DNA from: Zootoca vivipara
Taxonomy: Eukaryota
Length of the DNA stretch: 64,000 nucleotides
Assembly: GCF_963506605.1 (NCBI RefSeq)
Contig: NC_083279.1
Location: forward strand, 29,326,001 to 29,390,000
Direction of reading: 5' to 3'
Below are positions 39,178-50,373 of this stretch, piece by piece; position 1 is the first letter of the stretch, and the number at the start of each line of letters is the position of its first letter. The notes beneath the pieces were generated by a model, which did not search any database, had not been told where the DNA came from, and saw only the letters and a list, made by a program, of their open reading frames with translations. A program made the translations under genes and the position numbers.

Positions 39178-39339
39178 ATGAAACTCCAACAGAATTGGAA
39201 ATTAAGGGCCTCGTCTCCATTTGGAACATCTTCAAAAAGAGTGGATGATACTGGGATGAGTTCAGAAGATGATGGATTACCTAGAAGTCCACCAGAAACA
39301 TCTTTACTGCAGGAAATGTTAAATTCCAGTACAGCAAAG
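39178..39339 (+). CDS. CRACDL: CRACDL exon: MKLQQNWKL...DTGMSSEDDGLPRSPPETSLLQEMLNSSTAK
   Basis: ccttgtag| ... AAG|GTAGGA, 162 nt, phase 0-0. GMSSEDDGLPRSPPE is identical to the recalled human sequence. Confidence 0.97.
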
Positions 39340-40014
39340 GTAGGATGTCAAGCATGCAATTTGCAGAATATTATTTTGAACGTAGTCATTTGTTTCACTT
39401 TGCCTTACTGGTTGAAATTGCCTTGCAATAACCTGCGCACCACAGTCATCCTGATAAAAGAAGCATTTGTAACAAAGATAGATAACCAAGTGTTTGGAAA
39501 CATTACACAGCACCTGGTATTGTCAAGGTCAAGTTGTTTTGAAGAGGGGGGGAAAGTGCATAGGTAGAATTGAATGGAAGGACCAGAAGGTTTAAACAAC
39601 ATAATGAGTATTTTGGAGATATCTTTATTTATTGCAACATATTCTTCTAGAAACGTTTTGGTCTTCTTCTCTCTCTCTTTTTTTTACTACAACAGTGGCA
39701 GAAGAATTGCAAAAATTATCAAGATAGAAAGATGTTGACTGATCTTAGCCTTTGTCTCTTCCCCTCCCCACCCTCGTAGAAACATACTAATGTCATCACC
39801 TTTCCATTAAAATGAAAACACAAAACACCTCCCGCCATCTTTATATTTTTCAGGATTCCTACTAATTCTTAAAACTGCATAGATCTCTTCTTGCTACTTA
39901 TATTTTCTCTAGTCTGTTTTGTGGTTTGTAAAGCACGTAACCTGTGTGTGTGTCTCTGTGTCTCATCTCATTTTGTCATCTATCACTGAATCTTTTCCTC
40001 ATTCCACCCCACAG

Positions 40015-40083
40015 TTCTCTGACTCGCACAAGCATCTTAGCTCCTTGAGTTTAGCTGGAACAGGCAGCGAGGAAGAAGAACAG
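40015..40083 (+). CDS. CRACDL: CRACDL 69-nt symmetric exon: FSDSHKHLSSLSLAGTGSEEEEQ
   Basis: Long pyrimidine tract ..ccccacag| and CAG|GTAACA, phase 0-0. Resembles the recalled CRACD segment SSDTPSSLSPLNLPGAGSEMEEK. Confidence 0.85.
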
Positions 40084-40952
40084 GTAACAATAATGATTGG
40101 TGTTTAATTGTGCATGTATGTTTTTGTGTATCCAAAGCAACTGTTGGATTCCTGAACCTCTGTAGCAAGGTAGCTATCCTTTAAGGGCTAGTGGGCACAC
40201 TGAAATGTTCAGAAAGTGCCCAGGGTGCCCGTCACAAAATGGCTGCCTTGGTGGTGTGGCATAATACAAAATGGCTACCATACCTATAAGAACAGAAAAA
40301 CAGATGGTTCTGCAGAATGATGTGAACATGCTCCCCCATCAATGAGTGGGAAATGTACATACATCAGCCACTGCTGGACTCACTCACTGAGAAAAGCTAT
40401 TTGCTTGTCTCCTCAGTTCAGAATGGAAAGGAAGGTGGTTGTCAAATCCTGGCATCTGGTGAAATGAGAGCATGTTTAAAGAGTTGTGTTCAGTCACACA
40501 TTGTGGATTCTTTAGATACCTTTTGTGGGTGCCATTGAAAATACTGGCAGGCACATGGAGTAGTGGTTTGAATCATTCTTCTCTTAAGAGGTATTAATGA
40601 AGGATATTCATTTACCTTATGCATAACAGTTTTGACAACTGCATTATGGATATTGGAAAGTTAAGAAAGTTTCATTTCATTGATTTTCATACTTCTGGTT
40701 TTCAAGCACCATTGAATTCAGCCTCCAGGAAGAGATTGAATTGGGCAGGAAGTTGATCAGATACTACTTTCCAGTACAAAAGCAAGTCAATGCAGGGGAG
40801 TCTTAGGCTCTCGGACACCCTCCTGCTGACTTGTCTTCAAATTTTACATTTGAACAGATCTAAACAGCAGTTAAGCAGCGTGCGCAAGGTCATGTGTTTG
40901 CTTGTGCAGAACAAGAGTCCCCTTATTCCTTTCTTAACTGTTCAGGTGCTGT

Positions 40953-41132
40953 TCTTAGATCACATCCACACATTTAACACACAACTAAACACATGGCTTC
41001 TTCCCCCAAATAATCCTGGGAACTGTACTTTGTCAAGGGTGCTGGGAATGGTTCTGTGAGGGGTGAACTACAGTTCCCATAATTCTTTGGGGAAAAGCCA
41101 TGTGCTCTAAATGTATGGCGTGGTTGTAACCC
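40953..41132. mobile_element. Palindromic MITE (PIF/Harbinger-like), degenerate
   Basis: Nested inverted motifs CACATGGCTT/AAGCCATGTG and GGGAACTGTA/TACAGTTCCC. Confidence 0.55.
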
Positions 41133-42509
41133 TAGTTGTGGAGCCAAGTTGATCCATTGCTGATTATGACTGTTGGTTTTTGTGCCTGGGAGTCTTGGAT
41201 TTTCATCAGTCCCTCATTCAGCATGAGCAAGGATAATTGGAGCCCGTGTTCCTACCCACAAACCTGTGATCTTTGAGTAGCAGTTGATAGGTGCCCTTCA
41301 ATCAGCAACACACATAGCCAGCAGATTGAAGAGCATTTTAGCAGCCCCTTGAAGAGTTCCATTTACTCACTGAGCTGAAGAAGAGCCAGAGACATCAAGG
41401 CACATAAGAGCTGGAGGGGAGAGTGCAAAGTAGTGAGAGGTGTTTTGTTTCTTTCTGGAGACGAGGAAAAAAGGAAATTAAAACACATCAAGAAAAGGTC
41501 GTTTAGAAATTAAGTTATTTTTCAAAGTGGCTTCCAAGGATAACACTTAGTAGCATTCTCCCTCGCTGCTCCTTATTCATCCTGAAGAGCATTGGTCCAG
41601 GAGGCTACGTTTGCGAATCTGAACTTCAAACCTGCTTTGACCATAGGGCAGTAAACAAGCCATTTGTGCTAGTTTCCAAATAGGGGCATTGCAAAAGAGG
41701 ATGAGCTTCACAGGGACATAACTGTGGATATTTTCACCCATGCAAGTGAAGTACATCACTCTGCAGACCAAGTTTCTGTAACACCTCCAATGTAGCTATT
41801 TTCAGTAGGGGTTGTTTACCCAATAATCAGTGGGGATTTGCCATGATATGTAATACTGAGTGTTGCATATGCTTATGTGAGTCAACCCACCGGCAAAAGA
41901 TAAGGCTAGAGCAGTTGAAATGATAAGTAGGTGCTGATTGGAAAGTGGCCCAGAAATGCATTAGTGCCTCCTGCTGTTGAGGCCTGATGGCTCATCTTGA
42001 CTGCTTCCTTCTCCCTAATTTGCACAGTCCCTCAGTGCTTTAGAATTTCTTGCAGGAGCATATTGTATGTGTGAAATGTGTTTATATATAATAGAACATG
42101 CATCTCTCTTCAGCTGTGCATGATTATGCACAGTAAGACAACCTTGGGATGTTTCTAAGGGTTCCAAAGGGAATACAAAATGTAAAAGACAGAAATGTTG
42201 GACAGCTTGCTCAAATGATTCCAGTTCTAGACTCTTCTATACTGCTGGAAGAGACCTGAAAGTTCTGAGTGGAAAAAAGATTAAAACTGACATGCAACTG
42301 ACATTGTATCCCTCTGTTCCTCTGTTATGCTGCAAGGAGAAAGGAGAGAATAAAGTTTACCAAGCCAGAGAGGCACATGAGTAAAGAAAGGCCACCCTGT
42401 ATTTTATCTTTTGCAAACAGAAAATAATTTGAAATGAGTTCATAAGGGAGGGGGGAATACTGTGCCTCTCGTCTCTGATGCTGCTTTTCCTAAAGGGAGA
42501 CATTGGTTT

Positions 42510-42615
42510 TAATAACAATAAGAATTTATTATTTGTACCCCTCCCATCTGACTGGCTTGCCCTAGCCACTCTGGGTGGCTTCCAGCATATATAAAAACAT
42601 AGTAAAACATTAAAC
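42510..42615 (-). mobile_element. L2 3' end
   Basis: TTTGTACCCCTCCCATCTGACTGGCTTGCCCTAGCCACTCTGGG. Confidence 0.7.
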
Positions 42616-42750
42616 CAGGCACTCCCAAACTTTGGCTCTCCAGATTTTTGGACTACAATTCCCATCATCCCTGACCACTGGTCCTGTTAGCTAGGGATCA
42701 TGGGAGTTGTAGGCCAAAACATCTGGAGGGCCGCAGTTTGGGGATGCCTG
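42616..42750. mobile_element. 135-bp palindromic hAT MITE
   Basis: CAGGCAcTCCCAAACT...AGTTTGGGGATGCCTG; perfect TSD CATTAAAC. Confidence 0.9.
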
Positions 42751-43718
42751 CATTAAACCTTAAGCTTGGGGAGTCGCATAACTCCATCATGCAGTTTAAA
42801 ACATTTCTCATCTTCAAAGAATCCTACGAACTTTCGTTTACATCTCATAGAGCTACAATTCCCAGCACCCTTTACAAATTACAATTCCCAGGATTCTGGG
42901 GGGGCAGAGGAGTGTGCTTTAAGGGGATGATGTGTACAGAGCCCTAGGTTTATAGAGGCATTTGTTTATAGAGGCATTTGTTGGCTTTAGTGTAGGACAA
43001 GTGGAACCGAGTACAGAATAATACAGTGCAGTGTGGAATGCTCCAATTCCATTCCAACTCCAGTTTTCTTTCTTTTTTTCATCTTCTTCACCCAACAATC
43101 AGTTTGCATTCTGTGCCCATCGAGCACAATCAGAACTTGTCCTCCTTGGGATTTCCCCTTCTGAAGTGATTTTGCACTTGATATCTCCTCCTTGTTTGTG
43201 GATGGCGCCACTCAAGCGCCACTCAAGGGACTTGATGATAACTCTGCTGAAGCTAAGCAAGTCTGGGTCTCTTTGGTCCCAAGATGGAAGACTCTGTGGA
43301 AGCCCAATGTGTGCTTCCATGGAAGAAAGGCAGGATATTAATTCCACAGTTAACAATTCAGAAGCACTGGGGATGGAACTTGGAGCAGAAACTGGAGTCT
43401 CAGTATAAGTGCTCTTCCTTTTTTGTTGTTGATTGAAATGAGATGGCAGTAGTATTGATACTGCCTCTATTAAATCTGTACACTGCATTATGGTCCCAGC
43501 AGTGTTGGCAGCCTTATGTATTCATTGCAGTTTACATCATTTCCCTATGTGCTACAGTATGCTAGAGAGCGATTCCAACACTGATTAAATGTGTATTTAA
43601 AAATTCCTTAGAAACTTTCAAGTTTTGTTGTATGTTTAAATTGTGCTCTTTTTTATATATATATAAAAATCTGATTCTTCCCCTCCCTCCTTTCTGTCAT
43701 TTTGGGCTTCCGCTTTAG

Positions 43719-43946
43719 GTCACACCAAGTCCTTTGAGATCCTCTTCTGTGGAAAGCCAGCTATTCCCCAGGCAGCCAAGTGCTAAAATTATATCTCTGC
43801 AGACATCTGACTGCAATCTCTCTCCTCCTGCTGATTTCGATACTCCAGCCGAGTTTTCTTCTTGCTTGGATAATTCAGCTGCTAAGCACAAGCTTTTAGT
43901 GAAACCACGGAACCAAAGATCCAGTAGAACAAGACGACCCACTTCG
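43719..43946 (+). CDS. CRACDL: CRACDL exon containing the DUF4592 core CLDNSAAKHKLLVKPRNQRSS
   Basis: cgctttag| ... TCG|GTAATA, 228 nt, phase 0-0. LDNSAAKHKL is the CRACD/CRACDL/KIAA1210 signature. Confidence 0.97.
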
Positions 43947-45516
43947 GTAATAAACCAAAAAAGAGTGATACATTAAAAAATCATTTAAAAACATATGTTC
44001 TTTGTCCCCATTGCTATGCTTCCTTATCAGTCATGCTTGATGAGAACTGCATGTGTGCATATTTAATTCCCCTGAGAACATGGGACAACTGGATAGTAGA
44101 ACCAGTTTTAGCAACAATAACAAAGGAAGTGGAGAGAATATGTCCATGCCTGAATGTTCTGTTCCAAACATAAAGAAGAGCCCTGCTGGATTAGATTTAA
44201 GGCTCATGTAGCATCTTGTTGTCACAGTGACAATCAGATGCTTATGGGAAGCCCAAGAGCAGGATTTCATGGTAGCAGCTCCCTCCCTAATTGTGTTCCC
44301 CCGAAACACATATTCAGGAACATACCACTGTAGTTTCTGGACTGAAACATTCCTGGAGAGAAAGGGAGAGGGTTTTGTCAACATGTTTGATGAAACTCTC
44401 TCTTGGATTATCTTTTTATCTGGCTTATCTCACTTGGACCCATCATTCTGTTGCTTGAACTTTGTAGCTTATCTCTTCCCAGTGACTCGGACCAAGATGA
44501 TTAAAAAAAAGAGAGACAAGCTAAAACATGCTGGAATCGTAAAATGCAAGACTCTTCAGTCGATAAATTTTTTAGCCCACGAAGGCTAGGCAAAATGTAG
44601 GAGATGCTCAGGTTGGACCATATCAAAGGGACCTACTTTTAAAAGTTGCCTTTCCTCTTATCGCCTCTTCGTGAGTCCAGAATTATTTATTGTAGCTGGA
44701 AATTATACATATTGGGTCACTTTTTTAAAAAAAGAGTGAATGCTGGCATTCATGTAGAACACACACATTTCCTGCCTTGGCAGCAGGTACTTCAAGAGTG
44801 TAGTGAATGTGTGAAGCCACTTACACCGTACTTACGGTGTAACCAAGGTTCTACATTGAAGGGCAAGAGCCCTACATATATAGAGCAGGCTTCCTGCTAC
44901 AAACACGCTCCTGGCTTTGCTGTTCCCTGCACACAGGTGTAAATCACATGAAGAGGAGCTCCTGAATAGGGCTAGACATAACAAATTGAAAACTAGTTTA
45001 ATTCTCTTCCCCCCCCATTATTTTCTACTGTGACATCTCTGATATCTCTTTATATGTCAATATATCCACCAGTATATTTGGGTGCTTTTCTTCCACTATA
45101 ATTTCTGGCATGGGAGCTGCTGCAGTGCAGATTCTTCTGATCCTTCTTGGGTCATGATTAGAAGTTTCAGGATTGTGTGTGGGAGGAGCTCACGTCATGG
45201 CCCCTCCCCTTGCCAGCATTGGCCTAATTTCTAGGAGGTAGTGGCCAGACACCATGATGTACCCCAGCAGGTAGGACTCTGTGGTTAAATGTGTTCCTTT
45301 TACAGCTCAGCCTATACATATCAACTTGGAAGTATGGTACAATGCAAGGCCACCTCCTCTATAATTCTTTTCCCACCCAGGGTGGAGTGAAGGTAAATTG
45401 TAAAAAAAAAAGTGTGTTTCTCTCTGCTCCATTAAGCTTTCAGTATAGTTGTTAGGTCTTTTAATAGCAGATATTTTAGTTTGCTTTCTTTTGAGTCTTC
45501 TACTTCAAGCTACAAG

Positions 45517-45742
45517 AAAGAAGATTTCACCTAAACATTAGGAAGAACTTCCTGACAGTAAGAGCTGTTCGACAGTAGAACTTGCTGCCAAGGAGTGTGG
45601 TGGAATCTCCTTCTTTGGAGGTCTTTAAGCGGAGGCTTGACAGCCATCTGTCAGGAATGCTTTGATGGTGTTTCCTGCTTGGCAGGGGGTTGGACTGGAT
45701 GGCCCTTGTGGTCTCTTCCAACTCTATGATTCTATGATTCTA
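45517..45742 (+). mobile_element. Young CR1 3' end
   Basis: AACATTAGGAAGAACTTCCTGACAGTAAGAGCTGTT ... CCAACTCTATGATTCTATGATTCTA. Confidence 0.9.
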
Positions 45743-46560
45743 CTATTTGCACTGAAATGCATGCATCTGCCCTCCTTTAAAGTGTTATTTCGTATGTGTG
45801 TATTCCCACCTCCATTTTCCCTTAAGAGTTTTTGGTGATTGCTTTTCATGGCCAGTTTGGTTTGAGAAAAATAGTAGCAGCCAGTGGCCAAAAAGTTATT
45901 GTACCTCTAGAATGCAAAGTCTTGATTTTAATCCACCCCCATCCAGACTGTCAGTTGGCTGCGGTTAAACAGACAGATAAATAATAGAACTACAGCGTGA
46001 TGCATAATCTGTATTTTGTCAACCTCATCCTGTGAAGATTTATATCAAAAACATCTCACATAAAAATAAATATCTTACGATCTTTCAGGAAGCTTTTTTC
46101 CTATTTTGAAAGAGAAAATAAAGATCAAGTGTAAAAGAGAGAGATTGTCATAGTTTATAAAAAAAATCCGACTGAAATTGATGTTTTCTTCTTATTTAAT
46201 GGCAGCCCAAAACAAAACCATTTGAGGAAAGGGAAAATCATTATTAAGAACTATGAAATTATGAAACTTAAGTTCATGTATACATGTTTTCATTACTTTT
46301 GTTTGCCCCATGTATTTAGTTGTTAGAATATTTATAGCTCACTATATTCCCTTTTCCTCCTATCGCATAATGATTTTTAAAGTATAGTAATAAAAGAAAA
46401 TTGATGTATAGTACACTTAAAAACACTGCAGGGAGTTGTCCTCTTTTGGGGGGAGCACTTGGGGGAACATTAATGATTCTGCCATCTTGACAGCAGGTAA
46501 ATAAAATAAGGTTGTGATATGCTGAACATATGATAAAAATCTTCCATTTCTTACTTGTAG

Positions 46561-48205
46561 AGGAACCTGTCAGAATTTCAGAATGACTTGAGCTGCACAC
46601 CTGAAGAAGACAAAAATGAAAGGAATGAGATGCTGGCTGAACTAACCTGTGAAGGTGATAGTTCCAACCATAAGGAGCCAACAGAAAGCGCAGATTTAGC
46701 AAATTCAGTGTACTCCCAGCAACCTGAAATGTCAAAAGGTCTTCAACATTATTTGAGTCACCAAAATGAAAAAACTCGCACTCTGCAAACCACTTCTGAA
46801 TCACACACACTTCTCTGTGAAAATAAACTAGAGGGGTGCCAAAATACACAAGAAATATCACACACTGTATTGTCATCGTTTTTTCAGAAGAAAGAAGATA
46901 CAGTTGCCCTAAATCTTACTGCGAACCAAGAATCACAAAGGGAGAGAGAGCACTCTGAAACACTAAAGATTTCCCCTTGCAGTTTTTTAAATAGCACATC
47001 ACATAGTATTTTAAACCAGGAAAATAAACAGACTTATGGTGTGCAATCTAAATATGGCATGCTGTCTGATAAGAATGTCACAATCAGAGATGATGTGATC
47101 CCAGCACTAGGTAGAAGAGAGAAAAATACATTCAAAGATGCTAAGGCACTTTTGGAAGATATTTCTAACAAGGGAACCATAAATGCATCTCCTACATTGC
47201 CTAGCACCACCAGTCTTTTATCAAAAAATTCATCCCACGTCACAGATTTACCATATCCTGAGAGCAATAGTATTTTGCAAACTTCTTGCACGGTCCCATC
47301 ATCACAAACAGACCTGCCTCCTCCTTTGAACCTAGAAAAAATAAAGCCAATTCTGGTGCAATCTGTATCCAATAAAGAAAACAGTCACCCAGCAATACCT
47401 GCTATGTTGATTTTAGGAGGGAAAGAATCCATTGATCAAAGCACTGCAAGAAAATTCTCTGTCTCGTCAGCTTGGGGAAGGTCAAGGACTAGCAGCTTGA
47501 ACATGAAAGACACTTTAGTGTATGAAGATCCACCAACCACGCAGATCTTGCAGGCTAAAATTAAAAACTCTTCAAGAAACGAGAAGGTAAAAGAGGATAC
47601 AGAGGTTAACTCCTGCCAAGAGAGAAAAGGCTGCACTAGCAAGTCGGCCCCCACATCAGAGCTGGAATCAGAAACCGCTGGGAGATCATCAGACAGAGTG
47701 GAAGCTAGCCCACCGCCCCAGGTCGTGGCTTCAAAACCAGTGCTGAGTAACTTTCCCACTGCTCTTCCACAACAATCAAGTATGGTTGAGTTAAGTTGTG
47801 AAGAAAAAAATCCCTTCCAAGTCAAGCTGAGATCCACATCTTTATCACTGAAATATAGAAACAGCTCTTTGCAGGAATCAAAGGAGGCTAAAAGATACAG
47901 TGCAGAGTTTAATGTGGAAAAAGAGGGACTACCTTTGACATTCCTAAAAGGTGAAAAAGCAGAGGCTAAAAAACCAACTGATGTAAATACCACTAGCGTT
48001 TTAACTGAAAGCCTCAAAGCTAAATCAAAGGCCTCTGAACAGGGTAGCACAAAACCTCCATTGCCAAGGAAACCTATTTTGCAACACTACTTTATTGCTG
48101 GCACTAGCACAAACATAGAAAAGCAGGAAAAAGTAACCAAATATCCTGAGTTGAAAAATGAAGGCAAAGATTTGGAGACGAAACCAAGCCCCTCCGAAGT
48201 GCCTG
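46561..48205 (+). CDS. CRACDL: CRACDL large exon (1645 nt): RNLSEFQNDLSCTPEE...KFSVSS...NPFQVKLRSTSLSLKYR...KRYSAE...KPPLPRKP
   Basis: ttcttacttgtag| acceptor and CTG|GTAAGA donor, phase 0 to 1. Corresponds to the 545-aa ORF in the track. Motifs match recalled human DLTCTPEE, NPFPVKLRSTSLSLKYR and KPPLPRKP. Confidence 0.97.
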
Positions 48206-48735
48206 GTAAGAATGCTCTTTCTTGAGATTGTGGTGTGCCTAAAGCAGGGGTGGGTAACTGGATCACTGTGTTTGCCCAAAACGGTCTCAAGCCCATTTTA
48301 GAGGCTTGCCAGGTCTGATTAGGAACTCCAGGTCAGAAGTTTCACACCCCTGCCCTGAATATATTTAAACTGCAATATCTTTTTAAAAAATTACTGCAAA
48401 ATCACTTTTACAGCGACAAAACAAACCGTAAAGTAACCATCCATTTTTAACAGGGTACCCGGAAAGGATAAATTTCCTACAGTTCCATCAGCTGTCTGCA
48501 AAGCTCAGTAGTTTTATACTGTTATCATTAATACATGCATTAGTATGTACACTGTGTTGTTTGTTATGTTTCTGTGTTGTAAACTACCCTTTGGGCTTTT
48601 CACAAAGGGAGGTATATAAATTTCTTATATACCTGTTTTGGTGGGGAGAGACCTGACCAGCCGCAGCAAAGCCCCAATGCACCTCCAGCTCACAAGGAGA
48701 CTCGCCCTGGAGCCGAAAGGGGACATCCTCTACAG

Positions 48736-48873
48736 CAGGCATGTCAAACTTGCGGCCCTCCAGATGTTTTGGACTACAATTCCCATCTTCCCCAACCACT
48801 CTGGTCCTGCTAGCTAGGGATCATGGGAGTTGTAGGCCAAAACATCTGGAGGGCCGCATGTTTGACATGCCTG
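48736..48873. mobile_element. Palindromic hAT MITE
   Basis: CAGGCATGTCAAAC/GTTTGACATGCCTG; perfect TSD CTCTACAG. Confidence 0.92.
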
Positions 48874-49341
48874 CTCTACAGGCTCAGGAGAGGGTCTCCT
48901 CATGAGTCGGATGTGCAGCAGGGTTTTGCTGAGGCTCTTCAGCCTCCCAGCTAACTGCTGACATGTTGGTAAAGCTGTGCCTCAGCTGAGCAAGCCCCCT
49001 GAGCAGGCGCAGTTGAGCTCTGGGATGGGTCTTCTGCGGGAGGTGTATCCTGGCACCTTTTTCTCTAGGGGGAAAAAAAAAGCACTGATTTCACTTGTGA
49101 GAAAAATGGAGCAGCCTATGTCTGATATAGGTATGCCAGTACTCCAGTTTTTCTGTTTATTATTATTTTTATAACCTTGAGACTAACTAGCAGGTTTCTT
49201 GTTTATATAGCTCCATTAATTTGCGTCATACTTTACAAGGTGGAGTTGGACAAATGGGAGAGAACAGATGGAGAACAGGCATATAGGAGGGAGGAGACAC
49301 TTGGGTAGCCAGGGATTAACTTGAATTAATGTTGCCCCATA

Positions 49342-49611
49342 GGGGACACAGGTGGCGCTGTGGGTTAAACCACTGAGCCTAGGGCTTGCTGGTCAGAAGG
49401 TCAGCGGTTTGAATCCCTGTGACGGGGTGAGCTCCCGTTGCTCGGTCCCAGCTCCTGCCAACCTAGCAGTTTGAAAGCACGCCAAAGTGCAAGTAGATAA
49501 ATAGGTACCACTACAGCAGGAAGGTAAACGGCATTTCCATGTGCTGCTCTGGTTCGCCAGAAGCGGCTTTGTCATGCTGGCCACTAATGGTCAGGGGTTC
49601 CTTTGCCTTTA
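49342..49611 (+). mobile_element. Sauria SINE with internal deletion
   Basis: Head GGGACACAGGTGGCGCTG; the sequence jumps from GCTGGCCA directly to CTAATGGTCAGGGG. Confidence 0.88.
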
Positions 49612-49671
49612 TCATTGCCCCAGCAAGGAACAAGCTGAAACAGAGCCCTATATAGCAATAGTAGAGGCAGT

Positions 49672-50178
49672 AAAAGGTAAAGGTAAAAGACCCCTGGACA
49701 GTTAAGTCCAGTCAAAGGCGACTATGGGATTGTGGTGCTCATCTCACTTTCAGGCCAAGGGAGCCGGCATTTGTCTGCAGACAGCTTTCCGGGTCATGTG
49801 GCCAGCATGACTAAACCGCTTCTGGTGCAATGGAACACTGACAGAAACCAGAGCGCACGGAAACACCATTTACCTTCCCACTGCAGCGGTACCTATTTAT
49901 CTACTTGCACTGGCATGCTTTCGAACTACTAGGTTGGCAGGAGCTGGAACAGAGCAATGGGAGCTCACCGCCGACCTTCTGATCGGCAAGCCCAAGAACA
50001 GGCATCCCCAAACTTCAGCCCTCCAGATGTTTTGGACTATAATTCCCATCTTCCCCCACCACTGGTCCTCTTAGCTAGGGATCATGGGAGTTGTAGGCCA
50101 AAACATCTGGAGGGCCGCAGTTTGGGGGTGCCTGCCCAAGAAGCTCAGTGGTTTAGAAAACTGTGCTACCTGCATCCC
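49672..50178 (-). mobile_element. Sauria SINE (divergent subfamily) interrupted by a hAT MITE
   Basis: AAAGGTAAAGGTAAAAGACCCCTG tail; the head resumes after 50142. Confidence 0.85.
49999..50134. mobile_element. Palindromic hAT MITE nested in the Sauria SINE
   Basis: CAGGCATCCCCAAACT/AGTTTGGGGGTGCCTG; perfect TSD CCCAAGAA. Confidence 0.92.
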
Positions 50179-50299
50179 AGTAGAAGCAGTAGCATCAGGT
50201 TAAGCCTAATTGAAGTCATCTTATTTTACTTGTTATTTTGTGTTATATTTACTGTTTTTAATTAGGTTTTGTAATTTTGGATTATGCGGAATGCTTTGC

Positions 50300-50373
50300 C
50301 TGAGTGGATGTAGCAACCTAGTAATATCGTTGTTCCCGCAAGGGAACAATGACAATAAAGATATCTTATCTTA
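50300..50373 (+). mobile_element. Rex1-like LINE 3' tail
   Basis: AATaTCGTTGTTCCC-GCAA-GGGAACAATGACAATAAAGAT(ATCTT)n stem-loop tail. Confidence 0.55.

Noticed and set aside
47034-48296. Antisense ORFs (112, 204, 84 and 69 aa) over the big exon
   Set aside because: Shadow ORFs of the real + strand coding exon.
8156-49932. Recurring peptide 'ASMTKPLLANQSS...FEPPTF' in many ORFs, suggesting a gene family
   Set aside because: All are translations of Sauria SINE copies.
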